In this document: in pieces, positions 24,475-36,947 of the stretch | Position numbering within the stretch: position 1 is the first letter of the stretch | How the letters are laid out: every line of letters begins with the position of its first letter | Source: Octopus sinensis | Lineage: Eukaryota | Assembly (NCBI RefSeq): GCF_006345805.1 | Contig: NC_043002.1 | Span: 69,130,001 to 69,194,000, forward strand | DNA: 64,000 bases | Reading direction: 5' to 3' | The notes under the pieces: model-generated | Database searches by the model: none | What the model saw: the letters and a program-made list of their open reading frames with translations, nothing else | Told to the model about the DNA's origin: nothing | Position numbers and translations under genes: made by a program

Positions 24475-26913
24475 CATAAAATTTACACACACTTTCAAAT
24501 TCCTATGGTGTGTGTTGTATTTATTACAAAGTTTGAATGGATTTTAAAATTGCATCCAGACCAATAAAGTCTCTGTGACTGTCAAGGTCATATATACAAT
24601 GATTGCAATATATTCTACTGCTTTGCACAAACTTGATCACAAAAAAAATACAGAATTATATCTCATCGTGTTATAGGAACTATGGACCTGTGGCATATTC
24701 CTTACTTTGCACAACCTTCTGTAAATTATTCTAAAAGCATAAGTAAGATATTATTCAAGTTTGTAATTAGATTTTTCATTTACTATGACATGCTAAATCA
24801 TTTGGAAAATATTTTCAACATTTTATTGTACAACAATCTAATACATTCTGGAATGTAATTAATCAATGTTTCTACTAATCTTTAACGCTAACACTAATTT
24901 GGAGTATGTGTTTGTTTTCTTTAATCAACACTAAATCTGGTTATATTTTTATAGCATAATTAATATTCATAGAGTAGAATCTAACTAACCTCCTTGTATG
25001 GACATTAATATGAATGAATGACAAGATGAGTGAACACATCTTCTAAGTTGTTTGTCGGATATGTAACTGATAATAGTAGGCTTATTTAAATTAAGTCTGT
25101 CATTGGACGAAGAAGCATAGAAATATATTGTTGTACAAAACTATTCAACCTATGCCAATTTAATAAAAGGAAAGGAAACTGATAATGATATGAAGATTAG
25201 AAAATAGAGCAGTTTTATAAAAATCTATTAACTATCAATGAATAATATCTAATAATGATCATATGCCAGGGACAGTAGCTGGATAGTAGTAGTGAAGAAA
25301 ATTTTATTCTGAAGAAAGCACTTTTTTCCTATGCAAGCATGCAGGTTTCTTACACAAAAACAATCTAATTTTCATTTTGTATATCTTGTTATTTTATTAA
25401 TGAACATTGTCTATAAAAACATACTGTGTAAAAATGTAATTAGTATATTAGCCTGCATTAAATTTGTCAACTTGAAATAACTTAGCTTGAAGGTGAGGAA
25501 TGAAGTTGCTAATTAAATTCATTTTAGTTTTTCAATTTGGCCTGGCTAGTATTGATTAAAGATATTTGTTTGATTGATATAGTTAATCAAACATTTGTAA
25601 GTTATTTCCAGTCTTGGTATGCAAGATGTGGCCTATTTTTTTTAAGCATTTTTCTGGTGTTACTGGTACTTATTTTATCTGCAATGTAGATGGAAGACTA
25701 AGTCAGCCTCAGCAGGATTTGAAATTAGAAATGTAAGCTAGTGAACATCTCATCAACCAAGTTATGCATTTTATACCAGCATTCTACCTTTGAGCTAGTA
25801 CTTTAATTTTCTTTTTAAACCCAACTTGCTAGTGTACTCAGAACTTTACAAGTGGGTTAGCTTGTCATCACTACTTAGATGTTCTTTGTTACTTGTTTGT
25901 TTTTAAATAAGAATTTATTGAAATGAAGAATTGGCTGCTTTGTTATAAGGAAGCAATTTATGCATAAACTGTCCTGCATAATCATATACATAGAATTAAC
26001 ATTACAGAAAATTACTATTATTTTTAAGGTTTGGAAACTCATTGGAACCAAGTGGATATAATGTTTTCTGTTTAAAAATTATTGCAGTACTGCATAAAAA
26101 ACGCAAGTTGAGGGATTGGAAGTACATCTTTCCAATTATGGCAATGAAATTCTGCCTAAACTAATCTGAATTCTAATAAACTGAGCTAGATGCTTATTTT
26201 TAGTGATAAAGATAAGTTTTTCTCTTTACAGATTTATAGATGTATGTTGAAAGGAGATAGTTCTGTGTAACACCTAGGACAGATAATGTTAACATATATA
26301 TCCTAGAAGATTTACTATTGTTGTTGATTCCTCTAAGGAGAAGAGATTAATACATCTCTTAAGGTCGTGAAATAAAGGAGTTCAAAATCTGTTTATTGTA
26401 TATGCTGCTTGAGTTAACAAATATTGATATCTCTGTCATTTGTGCTTCAACAAATGGCATTGCACACTTCATTACGTTGACAAAATAACATGATATCTAA
26501 CGAAGATAACTAAATCAAGTCATTCAATTACTAAAAGAATTAATTGAAAAAGAGGTCATATATTCATCTATACTTTCGAACCCTATTGACAGAGAGAGCT
26601 TTTTATTATAGTTTTTTTATTTTTGTTTTCCCATGACTTTTTCCATAAACAGTATTGTTACTTAAAATTTATGGCCTACTTGCTCAAATACCATTGTCCT
26701 TCACTTTACACACATTTCTCATGGACATATACAGATATAGACACCTGTTCAAAATGAGGCAAATTGTGTGTGTGTAAATGCAATGTATAAGCAAGACATG
26801 GGCCTCAAACTTGCCCAAGAGGACAGTAATTCTGAATAAAACCTAAATTGAATTGTAGCTGCTGAGCATGGAAAGTCGACATAAAATGATGATGATAGTG
26901 AGATATATATATA

Positions 26914-26927
26914 TCATCATCATATTG

Positions 26928-26968
<41 letters not shown>

Positions 26969-26983
26969 CACCATCATCATATT

Positions 26984-27024
<41 letters not shown>

Positions 27025-27155
27025 CCACCACCACCATCATCATCATATCGTTATATATATAACCATTGTCATCATCATATCGTTATATATATAACCATTG
27101 TCATCATCATATTGTTATATATTACCATCATTATCATCATATTGTTATACATAAC
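26914..27155 (+). repeat. Minisatellite of six catcatatYgtta-(TA)n-acc units with variable (TA)n length
   Basis: Read directly. Confidence 0.75.
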
Positions 27156-27824
27156 CTCTTTCAAGGTAAGAGAAGTGCATATAGACATTTTTGACAAATT
27201 TCAGGAGAGCATTTTCGAAGGTTTTAAAGCTCCCTTAGAAGGCAGTTACAATATCAATATCTTGACATTACAAGATAATGCTTAATTAATTCAAAACAAA
27301 GTGAATAAATGAAAAGTACATAGCAGTCTAAATACTAAAGGGTCAACTGCTATGTTACTGCAGCATAGATTCCCAGTGCAAGAATGCAAAGAAACTAGAT
27401 ATCTCATTGAATTATACATTTCTTCTGTTCATTCTTTCCTATATATGAAAGTTTGAGAAGGATCCACCAAGGACCTTCCATATATATGTACACACACAGG
27501 ATATCAAATCTGTATATTCTACTTAATGCAGATATGTTACTGAAAGTCTGCTAGACTGCAGTATTCATCACAAGAAAACATCTCATATAGACATATAGTA
27601 TTAAAAAATGCAGAAATATATCAGCAGCAGACAAAGTACATCCTTCTGCTGGATGATTTTCACCTATTACTGATATATATTTGTTTTTTGGCAAATGCTT
27701 TCTTGAGACAGATACCACAGTCTAGCAGGTTTTTAACAATATAACTGCTTTAAATATGATATAAAGATTGCTATTTTGAACTAATACCACTTCTATTGTT
27801 AATGAAGATATATATATATATATA

Positions 27825-27869
<45 letters not shown>

Positions 27870-27902
27870 ATTGAGTGTTTGAAGTGGTGTACAAATATTG
27901 TA

Positions 27903-28079
27903 TGTTGAGAAACAGGAGGCAGTCAGAATATTGGTTAACCCTTTATTAGTACTTTTGTTCATTTACGAACTTGCCAAGACAAAATCAAAATGATTTTGAT
28001 TTTGTGTTGGCAAGTTTGTAAATGAACGAAAGCACTAATAAAGGATTATCCAACATTCTGACTGCCTCCTATTTTTCAA

Positions 28080-28081
<2 letters not shown>
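27903..28081. repeat. ~170-bp imperfect palindrome with a 1-nt centre (27992)
   Basis: 78-bp core arms 27914-27991 and 27993-28070 with 7 mismatches; flanked by (TA)/(TG) tracts. Confidence 0.9.
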
Positions 28082-28135
<54 letters not shown>

Positions 28136-28137
<2 letters not shown>

Positions 28138-28823
28138 TGGTGAAGCATGACCTTTGAATGTTGGACCTCACAGATGCAATGACAGGAGACTGAGACCTTT
28201 GGAAATATGCTGTGATTGAGAAGACCTGGCAATTAAAGTGAGATCGCAGCCATGACTGATGCCAGTGTTGCATCTCTGCTCCATTGATGTGGGAGGCAAT
28301 ATGATATGCTTGAGAAGACCTGTGGAGTCAAGTAAAACTAAAATTGTAGCAGTGGCCTATGCCTCCTGACTGGTTCCTGTTCCGGTGGTATGTAAAATGC
28401 ATCATCTGGATGTGGTTGATGCTAGTGTCCCCCGACTGGCTCCCATGCAGTAGCACATAAAAAGCACCATCTGAACATGGTCAATGCCAGTGTCACCTGA
28501 CTGGCTCCTGTGTCGGTAGCACATAAAAAGCACTATCCGAATGTGATCAATGCTGGGACCGTCTGACTGGCTCCTGTGCTGGTGGTATGTAAAAAGCACC
28601 ATCTGAACGAGGTCTATGCCAGTGTCCCCTGACTGGCTCCTGTGCTGGTGGCATGTAAAATGCACTCACTTTACTCTCAGAGTGGTTGGCGTTGGGAGGG
28701 GCATCCAGCTGTAGAAATGTTGCCAGATCAGATTGGAGGCTGGTGCAGCCACTGGCTCTCAAGACCTCAGTCAAACCATCCAACCCATGCCAGCATGGAA
28801 AATGAATGTTAAATGATGATGAT
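28136..28823 (+). mobile_element. RTE-type LINE 3' fragment; 3' UTR holds five ~66-bp tandem units (28367-28680)
   Basis: VVKHDL...LWKYAV RT end; units start at 28367, 28433, 28498, 28564 and 28630; (ATG)n tail. Confidence 0.85.
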
Positions 28824-28905
28824 ATATGTATATATAGTATTCACTCCACTATTCCAGAAAGCAGATGCAATACTGTTGCAGGTGTTCCCAGTAATTCAAA
28901 ACTCT

Positions 28906-29094
28906 GACTTTAATTATGTGTTATTTCTCCAGTTGCTGGAGAAATAATACATAACTGAAGTCTGACAAACTTATCTTAAGAAAGTTAGTTGGACTACTGT
29001 TCTCAACTCTGATATTCTTGGAGCTCAGGATAAGGCTTGGTCTCCTAGGATATCAGAGTTGAGAGCTGTAGTCTAACTAACCTACTTAAGATAA
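28906..29094. repeat. Two adjacent hairpins (28906-28962 and 28971-29094)
   Basis: 27-bp arms with a TTG loop; 53-bp arms with an 18-nt loop. Confidence 0.85.
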
Positions 29095-29744
29095 TGGATT
29101 TGCAGAAGGTTAATGTATGCAAATAAGTTCTCAGAATTCAGTAATTGAACTCTAGATGTGTAGATGTGTTCAGAGGAAGAAGTATCAGCAAGCACAGCCT
29201 TCCCTTGATCTATAATTGGATTTTATCTATTGTTCATTTGTAAAGGGCAAGGTAAAGCATTTTGTTGGAAGTTTTTCTAAATGTAATGGAGAGCATTAAA
29301 TTTTGACAGTATTGAAGGACATATTATTCATAGTTACCCAACTGTAGGTGGAATTTAAGACTTTTCTCAGGCATGAAGATATTTGCAGTTCTCTTGATTG
29401 CTATCATTTTAGTTTTGACTGTTTTGCATAGCTACAAACTTTTTTTGTTTCAATCTGCCAACATACAGCGAGTGTGTGTGTGTGTGTGTGTGTGTTTGTT
29501 TGTGCACGTGTGCATGTGTCCATACACATGTATATGTGTGAATATGTGTGTTTATATAATTTTGAAGCAAACCTGTGAACTACACAATGCTATGCTTGCT
29601 TAGAAGTGTGGAAATATGTAGGTTTGTGTTTGGACATGCAGTAAAACCAGTTGGAGAGGGGAAAACTGCAAGATCAAGCTCCTTCTGACTTGTGGGTATC
29701 CTTTTACTGGAAAGCTCTTCAAACTCTCTACCATAAGTGCCCTG

Positions 29745-30378
29745 AGAGAAATGTTGGACATAAGACGCATCAGATGTGGTGTGCAAGAGAAATGTTTGCG
29801 CTAGTATGGTCATGTACTATGGATTGATGAGGAGAGCTGTGTGAAGAAGTGCCACTCCTAAACAGTTGAAGGAATGGGATGAGGTGGTGAAGCATGACCT
29901 TCGAGTGTTGGGCCTCACAGAGGCAATGACAAAAGACTGAGGCTTCTGTAGATATGCTGTGACTGCGAAGACCTGGCAAATAAAGTGAGTTCACAGCTGT
30001 AACCTACACCAGTGTTGCATAACCAACCCCAGCCCACTCAAAAGTACCAACATGCTGTGCTTGAGAGGGCCTATTGAGTCAAGTACATCAAAATCAAATG
30101 GAAATTGTAGCTGTGATCCCGTGCTGGTGGCACGTAAAAAGCACCAACTGATTGTGGTTGTTGCCAGCCTCCTCTGGCTCCTGTGCCAGTGGCATGTAAA
30201 AGGCACTCACTACACTCTCGGAGTGGTTGGTTTTAGGAAGGGTATCCAGCTATAGAAACACTACCAGATCAGACTGGAGCTTGGTGCAGCCTCCTGGCTT
30301 TCCAGACCCCAGTCAAACTGTCCAGCCCATGCCAGCATGGAAAACGGACATTAAACGATGATGATGATTGTGATGATG
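29745..30378 (+). mobile_element. RTE-type LINE 3' fragment
   Basis: RCGVQE..L..YGHV and WDEVVKHDLRVLGL remnants, followed by the same 3' UTR and (ATG)n tail. Confidence 0.85.
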
Positions 30379-30395
30379 ATCTATATATCTATATG

Positions 30396-30446
<51 letters not shown>

Positions 30447-30450
<4 letters not shown>

Positions 30451-30621
30451 ACACGACGGGCTTCTTTCAGATTCCATCTACCAAATCCACTCACAAGGCT
30501 TTGGTCGACCTGATGCTATAGTAGAAGACACTTGCCTAAGGTACCACACAGTGGGACTGAACCCAGAACCATATGGTTGGGAAGCAAGCTTCCTTTCTAC
30601 CATACAGCCACTCCTGTACCT
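30447..30621 (-). mobile_element. SINE family B, 5' half
   Basis: Reverse complement of the 41907 head and core; further fragments at about 1-110, 4230-4360, 7405-7546, 31382-31490 and 33246-33392. Confidence 0.8.
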
Positions 30622-31693
30622 ATGTACAAGAAAGCTAAACAGATAAAGTTAAATTTAATGGCTGCTTTGAAAATGATGTTAATGTTGTTTTCCCTATCAG
30701 TGATATAAGAATTGTAGAACCAGTTAATTAGGCCTGCAGACAACTGGAAAGAAACATCATTGTCATTTTAACATCCACTTTTCCATTCTTGCATGGGTTA
30801 GATGGAATTTTTTGAGGTGGAGTTTATATAGTTGGATGCTTTTCCTGTCACCAACCTTTTAACTGTTTTCAAGTTGAGTAATTTTACTCCAGACATATTT
30901 TCAAAGATACAGATAGAAAACAGTTATCAGCAATACAAGCAAGATTAGAAAAGTTGTCTTGAATAACCTTGAAACACACATCAGTATGAAAAATATCTCA
31001 GAAAAATTAGGTTTATATATATATGCACATGCATGTGTGCGTGTGTGCTTTCTCCATATGATGAATTTGTCTAAAACTCTGCACTAACTCACTTTCAACA
31101 TACATCTGCATTATTTCTGTAATGCCACTTTTCATCATAAATACATTTGTACATTTATCTTAGATGTCCTGAGAACATTTAGCTGAAGATAAGAATGATG
31201 AGATTGTTTCATAATGGTTCTTAGATGTGTACACACCTTTAGTAACTAATATTGTACAATGTATCAAACATGCCAAGTGCTACCCCTGTTGACCAGTAGT
31301 GATACTTAGAATTTTCTCTGTATTGTGTGTGCATGTTTTTTCATGTACATTGTGTGCCCATGTGTATCCAGATAGATAGCTAGGCACAGGTATGGGTGTG
31401 TGGTTGAGAAGTTTCAGGTTCAGTCCCTGGGCAAGTGTCTTCTACAACAGTCCTGATCTAACCAAGTCTTGTGAGTGAGTTTTGGAGATAAAAACTATAT
31501 ATTTGTTACAGGATTCATTACAATCTAGGTGCATCAATACATAGGATGCCAGGACTGGCTAGGTGCAATGATGCTGAGATAACAGTAAGGTGAAAAATAA
31601 CCATTATAAATGCATAAATAAAATGCTATTGAAACAGCTGTAGTAAATTTTAAACCTTATTTGTGATCTTATATAAATAATAAGTAATAAATA

Positions 31694-31728
<35 letters not shown>

Positions 31729-33960
31729 TGCACATATGGGTACAGGACATTACCAATGGTTCAAATAACATGAAATACGTAAACAATGAGAAAAAATGGA
31801 AAACAGGACAAATAAACACAGAGAAAGAACCCTTCATCAGTTGCCAGCTGTCTATCTATTCCTCATTTCTAAAATAAAATTTAGGATTTATGGAGTTTGA
31901 AAGTTGGGAACCAAAAAAACAACAGTGGTGACATACAAGGAAACCAAACAAAAACAAACATGGAGGTTCATTAGACCAGAATGAGAGGAAAATAGTGTAT
32001 ACTGGGAGAAACATTTTTTGGGAAAGAGAAAAGATAAGAGAGAGAGAGAAACACATCCACTTTTTCAAACATCTGTGGAGGAAAGGAAAGATGGTCACGT
32101 GAGGGAAAGAAAGATGGACAATGGTCACATGTGAGAGAGAGAGAAAGAAAGAGAAAGTGGGGGGAGAGACAGATAGTAAACGGTGGTGAAAAAAGGGTGA
32201 GAAAAAGGGAATTAGAGAAGGATGGAGGAAGAAAACAGTATGTGTATGATAGTTCAAATTTACAGAAAACAAAAGATTAATACAGGTGAGGGAACAACAA
32301 ACAGGTGTATTAGATTAACACCCAGGAAGAATGGAAAAGTCTTGACATTCCAAGCCTACACTTTTCTACAGAAAGGATTGAGAGGGAAAGAATGGAAAGA
32401 GAGAGGAAAAAATGCGTGGGGATGAACAGTTCTACATGATGAAATGACCATGTGTTTGCATCTCTTTGGGATAGTTATAAATAAATGTCACCATCACTCA
32501 AGTAGAATTCTTTTTCTCCAGTCTTCTGCAAAGACATGTCTGACCCTTGCAAGCACTAAAAAGTAGTTAAAACGATGATGATGATATATTTGTATAGATG
32601 TTTCTTTGTATATGTATTGGTGTGTCAGTGTGTGAGTCAGTCACTCACCAAAATTTTTCTTCTTTTCCTTGATGTTTTCTAATCAACTGTAACCACATAT
32701 GGACAGCTTGATCTACACACATGCACACACAAACACATACATTTAATAAACATCTTTAATCTCTTTTTAAAATTGGTTTTTCTTTGGTTAGGCTGCAGAG
32801 CTTATGGTGACTTGGAACGAGGATAAAAACAGTTACTTTTCAAAAGATTTTACATTTCTCTCTTCCTAGATCTTGGAAAGATAGTAGTAACATTGTGAAT
32901 GTCACAGTTCATTTACATAACAGTACAATATTCATGGCCCAATATTAATTACTAGATAAATTCCTGGTGCATTACGTACAATGCTGACCACAGTGTATCA
33001 ATATTATTGAGTACAAGGGAACCAGTTCTGCATAAGAATGTATGTGCACAGTCACATAGCCATATGTTATGATAAATATATTCTTTAGAGTCAACTGAAG
33101 ATCAAGAAAAACAGGAAAAAAAAGAGTAGTGATTCAGCTGAGTGTGAGCGTCTGTCTCTGTATGCACACAGACACACACACACACACTCATCTCTCTCTC
33201 TCTCTCTCTCTCTCCATATATATATATATATATATATGCACACACATAGGTGCAGACATGGTTATGTGGTTGAGAAGTTTGCTCACCCAAATATGTGGGC
33301 TTGGGTTCAGTCCCAGTGCAAGATACCTTGGGCAAGTGTCTTGTTTGTATTATAGTCACGGCCCAACCAAAGTCTTTGGCAGACAGAAAACCAGAAGAAG
33401 CCAATGGCTCAAGGAGAAGGGGATAAATGGCAGTAGAAGAATGGTGAAGAACAGCAGTAAAATAAGCCTGTAGGTAGATCAGAAAATAGTGGTATAATGT
33501 GTGTGGGGAGGGATGGAGAGAGAGAGGGGGGAGTACAGTGACAGAGAAGTCTGAGGTATTTAGGGTTGGTTATGGTGAGTAGAAGACAGTGTGGGAGAAG
33601 GCTGCTGAAGACAGATATGAGAGTGTATTGAGAATGATAGCAAATATGAGAGGGTGTTAAAGAAAAGGTATGGCAGTCCTAAGATGTATCTCAGGGGAGA
33701 GGAAGAGATAACTGAAGGCTTGGAAAAGTGATCAGTAGAAATAGAGTAGGAATGGATGATATTGAAAGGAAGGGATAGTGCAAAAAAAAAAATTTATATA
33801 TATATTACATACCGATGTATGTTAGTTTTGTATGTGTATGATGTCATTGCAATTTTGACCTTTTCTTTTTTGTTTTCACTAGTTAGTCAGAGGAAGAAAG
33901 GTATCTTTGTAGCCTCTCCTAAGCAAGTGAGATTAATACAGTTGATATTCACTTTGAACA

Positions 33961-34013
<53 letters not shown>

Positions 34014-34030
34014 GTGTGCAGTGTCTACAG

Positions 34031-34192
34031 CAACGTTTTCTCAACTGGGGTTCCCTGGAGCCCTAGGGTTCCACAAGAAGGAGTGAGATAAGCTAATGCT
34101 ACTTTCATGATTGTAGTATTACTATACATGCACAACTTATTATTGGTTATTGTAATATATCTAGCCTATTATGTTATCAAAAAAATATAACA

Positions 34193-34231
<39 letters not shown>

Positions 34232-34698
34232 TCATCATCATCGTTTAACATTTGCTTTCCATGCTGGTATGTGTTGGACGGTTTGACTAGGGACTGGTGA
34301 GCCAGATGGCTGCACCAGGCTCCAATCTGATCTGGCTGAGTTTCTACAGCTAGATGCACTTCCTAACGCCAACCACTCTTAGAGTGTAGTGGGTGCTTTT
34401 ACGTGCCACTGGCACAAGGGCCAGCCAGGTGGTACTGGCAACTGCCACGCTCAAGTAGTGTTTTTATGTGTCATCTGCACAGGAGCCACTCCAGCGGCAC
34501 TAGCAATGCCCTCGCTTGAATGTTGTTTTTCACCAGTAAGGCGATGCTGGGTGCTTTTTAGGTGCCACCAGCATGGGGGCCAGTCAGCGGTCCTGGCAAC
34601 AATCATGCTCGTATGGTGCTCTTTGTGCTCCACTACCACAGATGCCAGTCATGCGGTGCTGTCATCGAATTTGATTTCGATTTCACATGCCTCAATAT

Positions 34699-34742
<44 letters not shown>

Positions 34743-35062
34743 TTAGAAATGGAAACCAAAATAATAAAATGAACAATTAAATAATTTAATCATTTAAATG
34801 ATAAATTCAATTCAATTTTATTATTTTATAGAAACAAATGGCACATCTCATAAATTACTCCTGTTTCAACACCATTAATATAAACAAGTTTTTCAAGAAT
34901 AATAAAATACTGTTCATATATATATATGATATTTACCACATGAACTACGATGAGAAAAATATGAAAAAGATATAGCATATAATTTTTTTTTGTACAGGGG
35001 TTCCTTGAGACATGTAATTTATTTTAAGTGTTACACAAGAGTAAAAAGGTTGAGAGACACTG
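34031..35062. mobile_element. hAT-type non-autonomous DNA transposon carrying a nested RTE fragment
   Basis: TIR caacgttttctcaac / gttgagagacactg; 8-bp TSD gtctacag / gtttacag (7 of 8 match). Confidence 0.7.
34229..34690 (-). mobile_element. RTE-type LINE 3' UTR nested inside a hAT-type element
   Basis: (CAT)n tail and gtgcttttacgtgccac units; (TA)n on both sides. Confidence 0.8.
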
Positions 35063-36647
35063 GTTTACAGGGTAAATTGCTAAGCATCCACATTTTCTAG
35101 GACCACTTTATTTTTGTCAGCAGTTACTGAGAATGTGTTTTCTTTGATTCAGCTCTATAATATATGATTGCTGGGGGAGTTGACTGAATAATATATAATG
35201 TCCATGATGTTATTTAACTTCAGTATTTTATTTCAATGATAGTCTGGTTGTGAACTATGAGTATGTGTATGTGTTTGTATCTCTTTCTCTTGACATGTGA
35301 TAATTGTAATGAGTGTCACTGTCATACAAAGCAATGTTATTCATTCCCAATATTCTGCTAGAACATATCTAGTTGTGGGGTACCATTGCCTTGCTTGGAA
35401 ACAGGGGAATGGGCTGGCGACAAGAAGGGCATCTGGCCATTGAAAAACCTGCTCCAGTATACTCTGTCTGGCCCATGTAAGTTTGGAAAAGTATACATTA
35501 AAATGATGTTAATTGTTGATGATCATCCCTATATTGATGAATACAAGACATACAGATTATATGTCTTCTGGTTGATGGATGCAATATATATTGAGTATAT
35601 TTTCATATTGATGGGAACATTATATATGAACTGTATCCTGTTTGATGGGTGTGATAAATGATGAGTCTACATTTGGTTTTGGCAGTGAATTAACAGAGCC
35701 ATTAGAGCATTGGTAAAACTCCTTGAGATATATGTTCCAGCTTTTTGTGCTTGGGGTTCAGATCCTGCTGAGGTCAACTTTGCTTTTCATACTTTTGAGT
35801 ATAAGTCCAGGACAGCGAATTATTTGGGTATGACATGAGATGCCTTGTTCTAATTGTTCTGACCCTTTGAATTCTGAGTTTTTTGGGTAGTAGACATAGT
35901 CCATAGCCTGGTTTGCACCACCACCTGATCATTGAGTACCTTTAGCAGTATTTACTCTGTGGCAAGCCTTCATGACAAGTCTTCAGTTTGCGTATGACTT
36001 CCACCCATCAGAATCCCTGAAGAAATAATGGGTAATGGGTGCTACTGTCTCTCTCTGACTTAGCAGCAAAAAAGAAAGAAAAAGTACAACATATTGAGTA
36101 TATTCTCATACTAACGAAAATACTGTATATTATATCCTTCTGTTGAAAGATACAACACATTAAGTCTATTCTCATTGCATTGGATACAACTATGTTTAAT
36201 TAGATCTTCCTGTTGGTTGTTGTAGAAATAATTTTTATATCTACTTTAAATATATCCTCTTCATTTTTGATAGCTAAGTAGTTTTGTTGATGAGTATAGA
36301 ATAAAGTAGTCTGAGTAGCTCCTGTATTAGATATATTGCAGCTATTCTGTTATTTACTGAAGTTGAGATATATTAACCTTAAGAGAATTCTTTCTGGTGA
36401 TATGGTTATAAAATAAATATGAACAGATTTATATAGAAGGTATACTCTGTACCCTCATCTCTCTCTCTCTCCCCCTCTCAAGTCCTTCTGAGTAAGCAAT
36501 ATGTAATGTTTTATATGATTGTTATTTTTAACTCCACCATCAACATCTTAGCAAATAGACTTTTTCTTGATCCATCAGCCCTCATTGACCAGACATTTAA
36601 AATATCTCTCCAGTTACTCCCATCTCTTCCCTCTTTGCCATTTTCAG

Positions 36648-36947
36648 GTCATCCTAGTGTGCCAAATGGAACTTCTGGTGCTTTAATGTTTTCTTCAGCT
36701 TCCGAGGGCCCAAGCTGTTATCGCAGACCCAGCATGACTCGATCGCCATCCCAGTCCAGTGCCACTGGCACTCCAACGCGGTCGCAGTCTGCCAACATCA
36801 ATGATGCAGTTGCCATGCCAGCTTTGTATTACCCCCCTATTCGACGACCTGTTCCTAAAAATCCCAGGGCCACTTCTTCATCCTCTTCTTGTTGTTCCCA
36901 CAATGCTCTAGCACCAAACCCTGCCTCTACATCCAGCACTTCACAAA
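36648..36947 (+). CDS. Su(dx): HECT E3 ligase exon 5, Ser/Pro/Thr-rich C2-WW linker (GHPSVPNGTSG...ASTSSTSQ)
   Basis: Polypyrimidine tract with ttttcAG, GTAAGC donor; 300 bp open, phase 1 to 1; GC-richer than flanks. No domain homology, so assigned by splice signals and phase. Confidence 0.8.

Noticed and set aside
28367-28680. Five regularly spaced ~66-bp repeats, superficially CRISPR-like
   Set aside because: The whole unit is repeated with no unique spacers. It is the 3' UTR repeat of the RTE family seen in several copies, in a eukaryotic intron.
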